DNA from: an uncultured Eubacteriales bacterium
GTDB taxonomy: Bacteria; Bacillota; Clostridia; Oscillospirales; Acutalibacteraceae
Direction of reading: 5' to 3'
DNA length: 64,000 nt
Assembly (NCBI GenBank): GCA_964369415.1
Contig: CAYJFP010000003.1
Location: 31,782 to 95,781, forward strand
The translations under genes and the position numbers were made by a program. The notes beneath the pieces were generated by a model, which did not search any database, was not told the origin of the DNA, and worked only from the letters and a program-made list of their open reading frames with translations. Shown in pieces: positions 29,026-39,218 of the stretch (within the stretch, counting starts at the first letter, position 1; each line of letters starts with the position of its first letter).

Positions 29026-29778
29026 TTGGAGAGAAATATACTTTTAACCATAAGCTTTGACGGCTCTTATTTTCACGGATTTCAGATTCAGAACAACTCC
29101 TACACCGTTCAAGAATGCTTTCAAGACTCACTAAAAAAAGTACTGGGATTTTGCCCTGATATTAAAGCTTGTAGCAGAACAGATTCAGGCGTTCACGCAA
29201 GAATGTTCTGTATCAGCATGAAAATTGACAGCCCTATAACAAACGAAAAGCTTTTGTCGGCGCTAAATCACTTTTTGCCGCCATATATAATTGTTTATGA
29301 TATTAAAGATGTAAGCGATGATTTTCACGCAAGGTATTCTTGCACTGGAAAAGAATATGTTTATGAAATATGGAATTCAAAGCTTCGAAATCCTTTTTTA
29401 TATAAAAGAGCACTTCATCACTATTATGACATAGACGAACATGTGCTTGACGAGGCTTCTAAGCATTATATCGGAACGCACGACTTCACTTCATTTTGCA
29501 CTAAGGACTTAAGAAAAGGTGGAGATTTGACACGAACAGTCACGAATGCAAATGTCAAAAGAGAAGGCGATAAAATTCTTTTTACCGTCAGTGCCGATGG
29601 ATTTTTATACAACATGGTGAGAATTATGGTAGGAACCCTTCTTAAAGTTCAAGAGGGAAAAATTTCAAAAGATTCCATACCAGATATTCTCTCTTCACTT
29701 GACCGAAAAAATGCGGGACCTACCGCACCTTCTCACGGATTATACTTAAACCGTGTTTTTTACGAGGATGGATTTTAA
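29026..29778 (+). CDS. truA: tRNA pseudouridine(38-40) synthase TruA
   Basis: FDGSYFHGFQIQ..., catalytic RTDSGVHA. TTG start behind GAGAGGAG. Confidence 0.93.
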   Translation: MERNILLTISFDGSYFHGFQIQNNSYTVQECFQDSLKKVLGFCPDIKACSRTDSGVHARMFCISMKIDSPITNEKLLSALNHFLPPYIIVYDIKDVSDDFHARYSCTGKEYVYEIWNSKLRNPFLYKRALHHYYDIDEHVLDEASKHYIGTHDFTSFCTKDLRKGGDLTRTVTNANVKREGDKILFTVSADGFLYNMVRIMVGTLLKVQEGKISKDSIPDILSSLDRKNAGPTAPSHGLYLNRVFYEDGF

Positions 29779-29779
29779 A

Positions 29780-31132
29780 ATGGTAAAACTAAAGAGAGAA
29801 AAGAAAAAAGAAAAAAAAGCAAAAATTAAAAAGGAAAAAATTAAAAATGAAACAAAAGCTGAAGATAAGGCAAATCCAGAAACTCAAGCAGCTGAAATAA
29901 AGCCAAAACAGGAAATTATTATAAGGGAAGGCGCCACTTTTACCGCTACCGAAGAAGTTCTTGAAGAGGCAAAGGAAAAGCAAGAAAAGGCAAAAGGAAG
30001 AAGCGAAAGAAAAAAGAAAATTAAACTTAAACTCTTAATTTCTGTCGCTATAATTTTATTACTCTCTTCTCTTGCGACTGTTTTTTATGTCAATAAAGAC
30101 AGCTATTTTTTACAAGGGATTTCCATGTTTATAACTCACAACATCATGGGAATGACACCTGGAAGCGGCTTTCCTTATGACATTATAGGCTCGGACACAG
30201 ATGCTTCCAATATATCTGTAAACGGCGACACACTAGCTGTTTTAAGTAATGCAAGCTTTGCACTTATTGATACTCATGGAGAAGAAACACTTAGCTTGAA
30301 CCATAGCTTTGAAAATCCTGTCATGAACTCAATCGGTGATAAATTTATTCTTTATTCACCTGGAAGCCCTGACTATACACTCATTGACTCTTCTCTAACA
30401 AGAGAAATGACTTTAGGCGATAATATAAGCAGTGCGGCGATTGCAAAAAATGGTCGATACATACTTGCTACACAGCCACAGGATAACGCCTCGGGAATTG
30501 AAGTTTATCTTAGTGATGGCACTTTAAAATTTTCTTATGGATTTAACTCTTTTGTCACGGCTGTTTCTTTAAATAGTGATGCGAGTGAAGGCATGGTGGC
30601 ATGTATAGACAGCAAAAACGGCGTTATGTTTACTACCCTTTATCATTTTGACTTTAATAAGGCTGACCCCTTGTCTGTTCAGACTATAGACAACACTGTC
30701 ATAAGTCAAATTTATTATAATGACAGTAGTGGATATTATTTGGTCGGCGATATTTCTATGATTAACTACCATAATTCTAACTACACTACTTTTGATTATG
30801 AAGGAAAACGCCTTACAGCGGTTGGATATTCTGACGAAAGGCTTGTGCTCTCGCTTTCATCCTATTCAGGGCTATCTGCATGTGATATCCATGTATTCTC
30901 ACCGAATTCTCAAATGCAAACTTTCAAGGTGGAAAATGAAATAAGCTCTATCTCATCCTTCGGGGCTACTTTCTCACTTTTATCCAAAAGTACTGTTTAT
31001 TCATACGATTTTAATTTAAAGCTACTTGGCACTTTTGACACTAAGTACGACGCCGATTCTATCGTACTTTTAAACGAACGAGTACTTTATATTCTCTCTG
31101 CCGGACAAATAAAATATGGATATATTGAATAA
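29780..31132 (+). CDS. membrane-anchored protein with Lys/Glu-rich N-terminus and beta-rich ectodomain (recalls DUF5711)
   Basis: KREKKKEKKAKIKKEK... tail, one TM (LLISVAIILLLSSLATVFY), then about 340 aa of beta-rich sequence. ATG 29780 lies immediately after the truA stop. Confidence 0.6.
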   Translation: MVKLKREKKKEKKAKIKKEKIKNETKAEDKANPETQAAEIKPKQEIIIREGATFTATEEVLEEAKEKQEKAKGRSERKKKIKLKLLISVAIILLLSSLATVFYVNKDSYFLQGISMFITHNIMGMTPGSGFPYDIIGSDTDASNISVNGDTLAVLSNASFALIDTHGEETLSLNHSFENPVMNSIGDKFILYSPGSPDYTLIDSSLTREMTLGDNISSAAIAKNGRYILATQPQDNASGIEVYLSDGTLKFSYGFNSFVTAVSLNSDASEGMVACIDSKNGVMFTTLYHFDFNKADPLSVQTIDNTVISQIYYNDSSGYYLVGDISMINYHNSNYTTFDYEGKRLTAVGYSDERLVLSLSSYSGLSACDIHVFSPNSQMQTFKVENEISSISSFGATFSLLSKSTVYSYDFNLKLLGTFDTKYDADSIVLLNERVLYILSAGQIKYGYIE

Positions 31133-31267
31133 ACCTATACTCATCAAGCATTATATATACTGAATATCGAAACAAATTAGCAATAAAACTCTTGTAATAA
31201 TAATTTATTTATGATATATTTTAATTATTACAAAATGAACTAAAAAAATACAAAAGGTGATAAAAAC

Positions 31268-31954
31268 ATGCATTATATTTTAGACGTAGTTATATTAATT
31301 ATTATTTTTCTCTTTGCCTACTCGGGTTTTAAACGTGGACTGATAAAAGCGGGTCTGACCCTTATTTCAGTTATTGCTTCCGCTGTTTTAGCAGCGTTAA
31401 TCAGCAATCCCGTTTCTACTTTTATCTACGACACTTTCGTAAAACAAGGATTAAGAGATAGAATCGCTGAATCACTTGAATCAACAAATATAAACGAAGT
31501 TGTAAATTCTCTTTTTGATGACTTTCCGGGCGTTATCACTTCATTACTTGAAAGTAATGGGATAACAAGAGCATCTGTTTTATCTTCAGCTTCAGGCGGC
31601 GCTGACTCTGCCGCAGATTCGGTTGTAACAGCCATTTCTCCAGGATTTATCTCTATAATCAATTTCTTTGCTGTAATCGTACTGTTTATCGCATTTGTTT
31701 TACTGACTGGTTTACTCGTTTCACTCATATCAAAATCGGTAAGACTTCCTGTTCTTGCTCAGTTAGACAGCATTTTAGGCTCTGCCCTCGGCGTAGTTTT
31801 TGCCATTATAGTTTCATGGCTATTAATTTCACTTGTCGGTTTCGCCGCAGAATTTTTGCCCATCGATACCTCAAAAGCTATTTTGGATTTTATCACAAAA
31901 AGCATACTTGGTAATATTTTATACAGCTTTAACCCATTTTTCTGGGTATTTTAA
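31268..31954 (+). CDS. cvpA: CvpA-family membrane protein
   Basis: ILDVVILIIIFLFAYSGFKRGLIK... N-terminus, 4 TM. Confidence 0.8.
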   Translation: MHYILDVVILIIIFLFAYSGFKRGLIKAGLTLISVIASAVLAALISNPVSTFIYDTFVKQGLRDRIAESLESTNINEVVNSLFDDFPGVITSLLESNGITRASVLSSASGGADSAADSVVTAISPGFISIINFFAVIVLFIAFVLLTGLLVSLISKSVRLPVLAQLDSILGSALGVVFAIIVSWLLISLVGFAAEFLPIDTSKAILDFITKSILGNILYSFNPFFWVF

Positions 31955-31981
31955 TTTCAACATTGGTAAGGATTTGATTTT

Positions 31982-32593
31982 ATGAATGCTAAAAAGCGAA
32001 ATCAAAATTTAACAGTGCCAAACTTTCTTTCTGTATTCAGAATAATAATTGCACCTATCTTTGCATATTATTTTGTTATGGATAACTTACCTGTGGCTAT
32101 TTCTCTAATTTTAGTTTCAGCATTTAGTGATTTTATCGATGGTTTCATCGCAAGAAAATTTAATCAAATAACAGAGCTTGGCAAAATTCTTGACCCTTTT
32201 GCCGATAAACTTACACAAATTTCAGTCGGAATCAGCCTTGCTATTAAATTTAAATTTTTAATTCCAATACTAATCATCTTTTTAGTTAAGGAAGTTAGCA
32301 TGGTAATTTTAGCCTCGGTGCTTATAAAAAGAATGAAGAAACCTTGTCCCGCTAAATGGTACGGAAAGGTTTCAACCGCTCTTTTTTACTTATCGGTTTC
32401 AGTAATTGTTCTTCTTTATTACTTAAACGTCGGCAAAGACATCTTGCTTTACACCTCGGTCTCAATGCTTTCAGTCACCGCTGTTATGATGATTTATTCA
32501 GCAATTTCTTACTTCGCCATTTTTCGGCATATATTAAATTCAGACAGCAAATCTCATGTATTTAACTTAAAAAAAGAAATAACTACCAAGTAA
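31982..32593 (+). CDS. CDP-alcohol phosphatidyltransferase family protein
   Basis: Signature D-x2-DG-x2-AR...G-x3-D-x3-D seen as DFIDGFIARKFNQITELGKILDPFADK. Confidence 0.88.
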   Translation: MNAKKRNQNLTVPNFLSVFRIIIAPIFAYYFVMDNLPVAISLILVSAFSDFIDGFIARKFNQITELGKILDPFADKLTQISVGISLAIKFKFLIPILIIFLVKEVSMVILASVLIKRMKKPCPAKWYGKVSTALFYLSVSVIVLLYYLNVGKDILLYTSVSMLSVTAVMMIYSAISYFAIFRHILNSDSKSHVFNLKKEITTK

Positions 32594-32798
32594 AACTTTC
32601 CTTAATTCTTAATTATTAATAAGTTGTTTATACTTTTTTGCCACCTTTGGTGTATATTATAAGAAGATGGTATCCTCTTTGATGATTACACTGGTAGGTG
32701 GCATTACTGATTTTATACTATTTTAAAACATTCTCTTTAAAAAGAGATTTACTTTAATACGATTTTATGCCGCTAAGTGCGGCGGAATGGAGCATTTT

Positions 32799-35048
32799 AT
32801 GATGAAATTATGTTCAAGGTGTAAAAAGCGTCCGGCAGTGGTATTTATAGCACAAACTAACGATGCTAATCCCAGTGACGGCGGTCTGTGCCTTGTTTGC
32901 GCTAAAGAACTCGGTATCAAGCCTGTTAACGATATTATGAAACAAATGGGCATTACCGATGAAATGTTTGATGCAATGAGCGAAGAAATGGCAGCTTTAA
33001 TGCCACTTTCTGATGAAGATGACGACGATGACTTTTCACCCGGTGGCTCTTTAGCCTTGCCTATTGAGCAGCTTTTTGGGGCTAATCCCGAGAAAAAAAG
33101 TGATGTTAAATCGGAGAAAAAAGATTTTCACAAGTCGAAAAAGAAGCATATTCAAAATTATTGTACCGACCTTACTGCAAAGGCTAGAAGAGGCGAACTT
33201 GACAACATTATCGGCCGTGAAAGAGAAATTGAAAGAGTTGTTCAAATCCTTTCAAGAAGGACAAAGAACAACCCTTGTTTAATCGGTGAACCAGGTGTCG
33301 GTAAAACAGCTGTTGCTGAAGGTCTTGCCCTTAGAATTGCAAGCGGTGATGTGCCTAAAAAGCTAAAGGATAAAGAAGTTGAGCTTTTAGACCTCACTTC
33401 ACTTGTAGCGGGCACTCAGTTTAGAGGCCAATTCGAGAGCCGAATTAAAGGTCTTATCGAAGAAGTTAAGCAGTGTGGAAACATTATTTTATTTGTAGAC
33501 GAGGTTCATAATCTAGTTGGAACAGGCGACTCTGAAGGCGGAATGAACGCCGCTAATATCCTTAAGCCAGCCTTATCTAGAGGTGAAATTCAAGTTGTCG
33601 GCGCAACTACTTTTAACGAATACAGAAAATATATCGAAAAAGACAGCGCACTTGAAAGACGTTTTCAGCCTGTAACTATCAATGAGCCATCACTTGAAGA
33701 GGCTTGTGAAGTTATTTTAGGAATCAAAAACTACTATGAAAGCTATCACAAGGTTAAAGTCAGCGATAAAATTGCAAAAAGAATAGTGGTTTTATCTGAA
33801 AGATATATCAGTGACAGATTTTTACCAGATAAGGCTATCGACCTTTTGGACGAAGCTTGTACTTGTGCTGCCCTTAGAAACAAAGACCTTGAAATTTACG
33901 AAAATTTAAGAGACGAAATCTCCTCTTTAAGGCTTAAAGAACAAGACATCGAAAGCTCTGAAGAGCCCGACTACGAGGTACTAGCCACCACAAGGTATCA
34001 ATTATCAAGCAAGGAGCAAAGCCTACTTGAAATTGACATGGATAAAGTTTATGCCGATGTAAAAGAGGAAGACCTTGCCTATGTTATCGAATTATGGACG
34101 GGAATTCCAGCTACAAAAATTCAAAAAAGTGATTTAGGGAAACTTTCTGATATTGAAAAACAAATTTCATCTAAAATTATTGGTCAAGATGAAGCTGTTT
34201 CGGCTATAAGCGCTGCTATTAGAAGAAGTAGAGTACAGCTTAGCCCAAGAAAACATCCCGCTTCTTTCATATTTGTAGGCCCTACAGGAACAGGTAAAAC
34301 CGAGCTTGTAAGAGTGCTTTCAAAAGAGCTTTTCGACAGTCCAGAAACGATGATAAGGCTTGACATGTCTGAATTTATGGAGAAGCACTCCGTTTCTAAA
34401 ATTATAGGCTCTCCCCCAGGTTACGTCGGATACGACGAAGCAGGACAGCTTACTGAAAAAGTTCGTAGACACCCGTATTCCGTCATACTCTTTGATGAAA
34501 TTGAAAAAGCACATCCCGATGTTATGAACATCTTGCTTCAAATTCTTGACGAGGGTAGAATAACAGATGCACACGGAAGAACTGTTAACTTTGAGAACAC
34601 AATCATAATAATGACTTCAAATGCGGGAAGCAATAGTAAAGAAAATTCACTAGGATTTAACAAGAGCAGTGACGATATGAGCCGTGAAAAGGCTATGAAG
34701 GGTCTTCGTGATTTCCTTCGTCCTGAGTTTATCAGCCGTATAGATGAAATTGTTATTTTTAGACCTCTAAGCGAAGAAGATTACGCTGAAATAGCGGCAC
34801 TTATCCTAAACGAATATGTCGATTCTTTAAAAGAAAAGGACATCACTTTAAAATTCAGTGATAAAAGTTGCAAACTGCTTGCTAAAAAATCAATTAATGG
34901 CAAAAGCGGCGCCAGAGACCTTAAAAATAATATCCGAAGAATGGTCGAAGATAAAATTGCCACTTTGATTGTTGAAAAAGGCGAAGAGAGCATTGATGGA
35001 ATTAGTGTAGAAGTAAGCAAGGATGAAATTGTTTTGAAAACATTATAA
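32799..35048 (+). CDS. ClpA/ClpC-type double-AAA+ unfoldase with N-terminal C4 zinc ribbon instead of a Clp_N domain
   Basis: CSRC-x24-CLVC ribbon. Acidic linker. NBD1 GEPGVGKTA / LFVDEVH. NBD2 GPTGTGKTE / ILFDEIEKAH. ClpP-docking-type LGF loop (ENSLGFNK). ATG 32799 behind GGAATGGAG. Confidence 0.85.
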   Translation: MMKLCSRCKKRPAVVFIAQTNDANPSDGGLCLVCAKELGIKPVNDIMKQMGITDEMFDAMSEEMAALMPLSDEDDDDDFSPGGSLALPIEQLFGANPEKKSDVKSEKKDFHKSKKKHIQNYCTDLTAKARRGELDNIIGREREIERVVQILSRRTKNNPCLIGEPGVGKTAVAEGLALRIASGDVPKKLKDKEVELLDLTSLVAGTQFRGQFESRIKGLIEEVKQCGNIILFVDEVHNLVGTGDSEGGMNAANILKPALSRGEIQVVGATTFNEYRKYIEKDSALERRFQPVTINEPSLEEACEVILGIKNYYESYHKVKVSDKIAKRIVVLSERYISDRFLPDKAIDLLDEACTCAALRNKDLEIYENLRDEISSLRLKEQDIESSEEPDYEVLATTRYQLSSKEQSLLEIDMDKVYADVKEEDLAYVIELWTGIPATKIQKSDLGKLSDIEKQISSKIIGQDEAVSAISAAIRRSRVQLSPRKHPASFIFVGPTGTGKTELVRVLSKELFDSPETMIRLDMSEFMEKHSVSKIIGSPPGYVGYDEAGQLTEKVRRHPYSVILFDEIEKAHPDVMNILLQILDEGRITDAHGRTVNFENTIIIMTSNAGSNSKENSLGFNKSSDDMSREKAMKGLRDFLRPEFISRIDEIVIFRPLSEEDYAEIAALILNEYVDSLKEKDITLKFSDKSCKLLAKKSINGKSGARDLKNNIRRMVEDKIATLIVEKGEESIDGISVEVSKDEIVLKTL

Positions 35049-35061
35049 AGGAGTCTTAACT

Positions 35062-36021
35062 ATGGCAGTCAAACTTGGAATTATAGGCCCTGGCGGAATA
35101 GCAAACGCCTTTGCAAACGGAGTAAAACTATGCGAAAACATAGAAATAATCGCAGCGGCTTCAAGGGATAAAAAAAGAGCTGTGGACTTTTGTCAAAAGC
35201 ATTCTATTAAGAATGCCTACGGCTCTTATGAAGAAATGCTTGATAACCCTGAAATCGACGGAGTTTATATTTCCACTGTCCATATAAACCACTATGAGCT
35301 TACAAAACTTTGCCTTTTAAAAGGCAAATCTGTAATTTGTGAAAAGCCCTTTGTCTTAGAGCCTTCACACGTTAAAGAGTTAAGTTTGCTTGCCAAAGAG
35401 AAAAATCTTTCTCTTATGGAAGCGATGTGGACTAGATTTTTGCCCGGAATTATCAAGGCAAAAGAATGGGTAAAGGATGGCAAAATTGGCGAAGTTAAAT
35501 ACATGGAATTCAGTTTTGGATTTAATGCCCAGTTTGACCCTAACGCAAGACTTTTCAACAAAGATTTAGCTGGCGGTGCCCTTTATGACGTGGGTACATA
35601 TGTAATCGAAACCGCACTGCTTTTTGCCGATTCACCTGTTAAAAACTCCACTTTGCTTAAGACTACTGGTGCTTCAGGAGTTGATGAAGTTACGATTATC
35701 GGCTTAGAGTTTGAAAGCGGCGCTCTTGCAAATTTAAGTTGTGCCATAAGCTGTAAAACTCGTCAAGAAGCGTATGTTTACGGAACTGACGGCTATATTA
35801 AACTTCCAAGATTTTGGAGCTGTACCGAACCAGTTTTGTACGATGAAAACGATGTAATCACAGAAGAATTTAAGGCAAATTATGAAAATGCATACGATGG
35901 ATTTAAATTTGAGATAGAGCATTTTGCTCACCTGATTGAAAACAGAATCACTGAAAGTGAACTGATTACTTTTGAGGAAAATATTTCTTGTACGGAAATA
36001 TATGAAAAATTAGGTCTATAA
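35062..36021 (+). CDS. Gfo/Idh/MocA-family oxidoreductase
   Basis: Rossmann LGIIGPGGIANAF. EKP motif (VICEKPF). Confidence 0.85.
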   Translation: MAVKLGIIGPGGIANAFANGVKLCENIEIIAAASRDKKRAVDFCQKHSIKNAYGSYEEMLDNPEIDGVYISTVHINHYELTKLCLLKGKSVICEKPFVLEPSHVKELSLLAKEKNLSLMEAMWTRFLPGIIKAKEWVKDGKIGEVKYMEFSFGFNAQFDPNARLFNKDLAGGALYDVGTYVIETALLFADSPVKNSTLLKTTGASGVDEVTIIGLEFESGALANLSCAISCKTRQEAYVYGTDGYIKLPRFWSCTEPVLYDENDVITEEFKANYENAYDGFKFEIEHFAHLIENRITESELITFEENISCTEIYEKLGL

Positions 36022-36128
36022 TAAACAATTAATTTGTTTTTTGTTTAAAAAAAATTCTTAAATATATGTTAAAATCGGGTTATATTTTATGACTCGATTT
36101 TTATTTTGAACTAGAAGGATAGGTTTTT

Positions 36129-36869
36129 ATGGCAAGAGAAAGATATTTATTAAACGACGACACCGAAGAAGGCATACACAGTAACATCATTACCCTTGAC
36201 AATAACAAGGACAAGTTTAAGAACTGGTGGCATTATCACTACAAACTTTTATTGATAATTATTGCCGCTGTAATTGTGGTAGTTTACTCTGTTATTTCAA
36301 TTTTGAACACGGTAAGACCTGATTACAGCATTGGATACATGAGTAGGCAGTACATAATGCCAGAGCTTGAATCTTATATTGAAAATGAGCTTGCGGCATA
36401 TGGCGAAGACTTAAACGGCGACGGACAAGTTATCGTTCACATAAGTAATTACTACATGGGCACTGGCGATACTACCGATTCTGATTCGATGGCGGCAATT
36501 CAGGCTTCAGCAGTTAAAATGGCTTCTGACCTTAGCGAAGGCACAAGTGTCCTTTGGCTTCACGACTTATTCGGCTACGATTATATGACTTCAGGTGGTG
36601 AAGATACTAATCTTTTTGTTGATTTTGCTGATGGTGAAGACCCTAAAATGATTTACTGGGAGGATGTTTCTGCCCTAAATAATCTTGACTACACTGCATA
36701 CGATGAAATGCTTGGCGAAACTTACGACTATGAGTTATCTCTTCAAAATCTTAGACTTTCTATCAGAAGTTTAAGCGGTAATTTTGCCAATAAAGACGGA
36801 AGTGATGAAACCTACAAGGCAAATCAAGAGTTTTTAGATAGACTTCTTACCGATACTAAGTTAAATTAA
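36129..36869 (+). CDS. hypothetical membrane-anchored protein
   Basis: One TM (LLLIIIAAVIVVVYSVISIL) followed by an acidic ectodomain of about 190 aa. No motif recognised. Confidence 0.55.
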   Translation: MARERYLLNDDTEEGIHSNIITLDNNKDKFKNWWHYHYKLLLIIIAAVIVVVYSVISILNTVRPDYSIGYMSRQYIMPELESYIENELAAYGEDLNGDGQVIVHISNYYMGTGDTTDSDSMAAIQASAVKMASDLSEGTSVLWLHDLFGYDYMTSGGEDTNLFVDFADGEDPKMIYWEDVSALNNLDYTAYDEMLGETYDYELSLQNLRLSIRSLSGNFANKDGSDETYKANQEFLDRLLTDTKLN

Positions 36870-36927
36870 TTTGAAATTTGCACTTAGATATGATAAAATA
36901 AATTCATAAATTTATAGTAGGTGACTT

Positions 36928-37509
36928 ATGAGCCATTATTTTATTAAAGATGAAAACCTTAAATCGGACAGAAAAAATTTAGACTATTTTATAGGCGGAA
37001 ATAAATTAATTTTCACAACCGATTCTGGAATTTTTTCTAAAGACAGTATCGACTATGCTTCGGATTTATTTGTTCAAAATGTACCTAATTTAAACGGAAA
37101 AACCCTTGATTTAGGCTGCGGCTACGGTTTTATAGGCATTGCCCTTAGCAAGCTTTATGACATTGATTTGATTCAGTCGGACGTAAATCCCTTAGCGACT
37201 GAACTAAGTGAAATTAACTGCAAGCAAAATGACGTTAAATCTAAAATTATCCTCTCAGATTGTTTTGAAAATATTGATGAAAAATTTGATAATATTCTTC
37301 TCAATCCTCCGATACATGCTGGAAAATCCATTACTTATAAAATGTACGAAGAGGCTAAGAATCACCTTAATGAAGGCGGTCGTTTTTTTGTCGTAACACT
37401 AAAAAAGCACGGTGCACAAAGCACTTATAAAAAACTACTCGAAGTTTTTGAAAACTGTGAAGAAATTTACAAGAAAAAGGGATATCACATCTTTTCTTGT
37501 AAATTCTAA
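36928..37509 (+). CDS. class I SAM-dependent methyltransferase, RsmC/RlmG-like small domain
   Basis: Motif I LDLGCGYGFIG. Motif IV LLNPPIHAG. Confidence 0.8.
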   Translation: MSHYFIKDENLKSDRKNLDYFIGGNKLIFTTDSGIFSKDSIDYASDLFVQNVPNLNGKTLDLGCGYGFIGIALSKLYDIDLIQSDVNPLATELSEINCKQNDVKSKIILSDCFENIDEKFDNILLNPPIHAGKSITYKMYEEAKNHLNEGGRFFVVTLKKHGAQSTYKKLLEVFENCEEIYKKKGYHIFSCKF

Positions 37510-37532
37510 AATTTATTTTGCGGGGTAAATTT

Positions 37533-38414
37533 ATGATTCAAACTAAAAATTTAAGTTTGATTTACAAAAGTGGAAAAGGCATTTTCGATATTAATTTACA
37601 TTTAAAAAAAGCTAGTGTAACAGGTTATTTAGGACCTAACGGAGCCGGAAAAACAACCACTATTAGAGTCCTTATGGGCTTTATGAAATCTCAGTCAGGA
37701 CAGTGTAGTATAAATGGTCTTGACTGTTTTTTAAACTCTGATATTATCAAAAATAGTGTCGGATACATCCCTGGTGAAATTTCCTTTTTGCAGTCTATGA
37801 CTTGTAGAGAGCATCTAAAATATATAGCGGATCTAAGAAAAATCAAGGATACTTCTCTGATGAATAGTCTTATAGATAGATTTGACTTAGACACTAAAGG
37901 TAATATTAAAAATTTCTCAAAAGGAATGAAGCAAAAGGTCTGTATTGTAAGCGCATTTATGCATAATCCAGATGTTTTGATTTTAGATGAGCCCACTAGC
38001 GGACTTGATCCCCTAATGCAAAATGAGTTTACTAAGCTTATTTTAGAAGAAAAACGAAATGGTAAAACAATTTTAATGTCTAGCCATATTTTTGAAGAAG
38101 TAGAAAAAACAGCCGATGAAATAGTTATGATAAAAGACGGCAGAATTGTTAAAAACACCGATATTGCAAGCCTTAATTCTTCTAGAAATAAAATTTTCAC
38201 TGTAAAAACTTTAGATACTTCATATATTGAAACACTGCCTTTTCCTTGTGTTAGAATTGGTGAAAACGAATATGAATCATCTGTTAAACAAGCTGAAATT
38301 GATGCATTTGTAAAGGCTATTTCACAAATTAAGCTTTTAAACCTAAATGTAAAAGAGCAAAGTCTTGAGGACATCTTTTTTAATCTGTATAAAGCGGAGG
38401 GAAAAGATGAATAA
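37533..38414 (+). CDS. ABC transporter ATP-binding protein (ABC-2 type)
   Basis: Walker A GPNGAGKTTT, signature FSKGMKQK, Walker B LILDEPTSGLD. Confidence 0.9.
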   Translation: MIQTKNLSLIYKSGKGIFDINLHLKKASVTGYLGPNGAGKTTTIRVLMGFMKSQSGQCSINGLDCFLNSDIIKNSVGYIPGEISFLQSMTCREHLKYIADLRKIKDTSLMNSLIDRFDLDTKGNIKNFSKGMKQKVCIVSAFMHNPDVLILDEPTSGLDPLMQNEFTKLILEEKRNGKTILMSSHIFEEVEKTADEIVMIKDGRIVKNTDIASLNSSRNKIFTVKTLDTSYIETLPFPCVRIGENEYESSVKQAEIDAFVKAISQIKLLNLNVKEQSLEDIFFNLYKAEGKDE

Positions 38415-39201
38415 GACAATTTTTAAGCAGACATTAAAGCAAAACTACAAGTTGATTTTAATTTTTATTTTTATCTTATGCTTTTACCAATCCGCAATAA
38501 TTTACTTCATAAACCCCGAAGACATGTCCGAAATTAGCGGAATATTTAACCTTGCAGATGGTTTTTTAGGCCCCCTTGGTATTGATGTTACCCAGTTTAC
38601 TTCTCCGCTTAATTACACCGCCTCCACCTTTTTCAGTGTTCTTGTAATGGCTTTTAGTATGGTTTTTTATATAATACTTAGCACAGGGCTTATTGCAAAA
38701 CCTGTTGAAAACAGCTCGATCACCTCTACCCTTTCTTCTCCTATTAAAAGAAGTCATTTAGTTTTTACTAAAGCTATTTTCTTGATTTTTTCACTTTTTG
38801 TACTATATCTATCTGTTTTTATAAGTGGCACTTTGGCTCTTAATTCTTATGGTGACTTTGAAGTTTTAAAGTATTTAAATTTAGTTTTCACCACATACTT
38901 GCTATCTTCCTTTATGGCTATGCTGTCATATTTTATTTCAATCTGCTTTTGCACTTCTAGGCTTGGAATTAATTTGGCAACCGCTGTTCCAATTGGATTT
39001 TTATTTTTAGATATTCTCTCAGGTGTTGGAGAAGATTTAAGTTTTCTAAAAAAAATAACCCCATTTGGATATTTTGACAGCATTCAAATTATCACTAATG
39101 AGATTAATAGTATTTATTTAATTTTTGCTTTTTCTCTTGCAATTTTTCTACTTATATTTCTATCTGTTAAAATTTTCGATAAAAAAAACCTGCCTATTTA
39201 A
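38407..39201 (+). CDS. ABC-2-type transporter permease
   Basis: 6 TM. ATG 38407 behind GGAGGG, overlapping the ATPase stop by 8 nt. Confidence 0.75.
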   Translation: MNKTIFKQTLKQNYKLILIFIFILCFYQSAIIYFINPEDMSEISGIFNLADGFLGPLGIDVTQFTSPLNYTASTFFSVLVMAFSMVFYIILSTGLIAKPVENSSITSTLSSPIKRSHLVFTKAIFLIFSLFVLYLSVFISGTLALNSYGDFEVLKYLNLVFTTYLLSSFMAMLSYFISICFCTSRLGINLATAVPIGFLFLDILSGVGEDLSFLKKITPFGYFDSIQIITNEINSIYLIFAFSLAIFLLIFLSVKIFDKKNLPI

Positions 39202-39218
39202 CTTTAGGCAGGTTTTAT
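39183..39218. terminator. bidirectional terminator between convergent genes
   Basis: 9-bp stem AACCTGCCT/AGGCAGGTT flanked by an A8 run and TTTT. Confidence 0.6.

Noticed and set aside
29786-29880. Purine-rich, A-tract-rich stretch (including A8 at 29811-29818) as a possible slippage or phase-variation site or a repeat element.
   Set aside because: It simply encodes the Lys/Glu-rich cytoplasmic tail (KREKKKEKKAKIKKEK). The tract is short and in-frame. Nothing suggests a switch beyond coding low complexity.
32738-32760. TCTCTTT-AA-AAAGAGA hairpin plus T tract as an attenuator, and a CtsR operator upstream of the Clp ATPase gene.
   Set aside because: The stem is short and A/T-only, with a minimal loop, so stability is doubtful. 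No GGTCAAA direct repeat (CtsR box) is present. It is mentioned only as part of the leader description.
37691-38419. 242-aa ORF antisense to the ABC ATPase gene. Similar long shadow ORFs lie at 336-710, 3548-3997, 10075-10575, 11293-11877, 49589-50041, 50188-50703 and 61050-61776.
   Set aside because: Each lies wholly inside a confidently identified gene, on the opposite strand or in another frame. Their translations are low-complexity (Ser/Leu/Ile/Pro-rich), with no motifs and no SD. They look like typical frame shadows of codon-biased genes.
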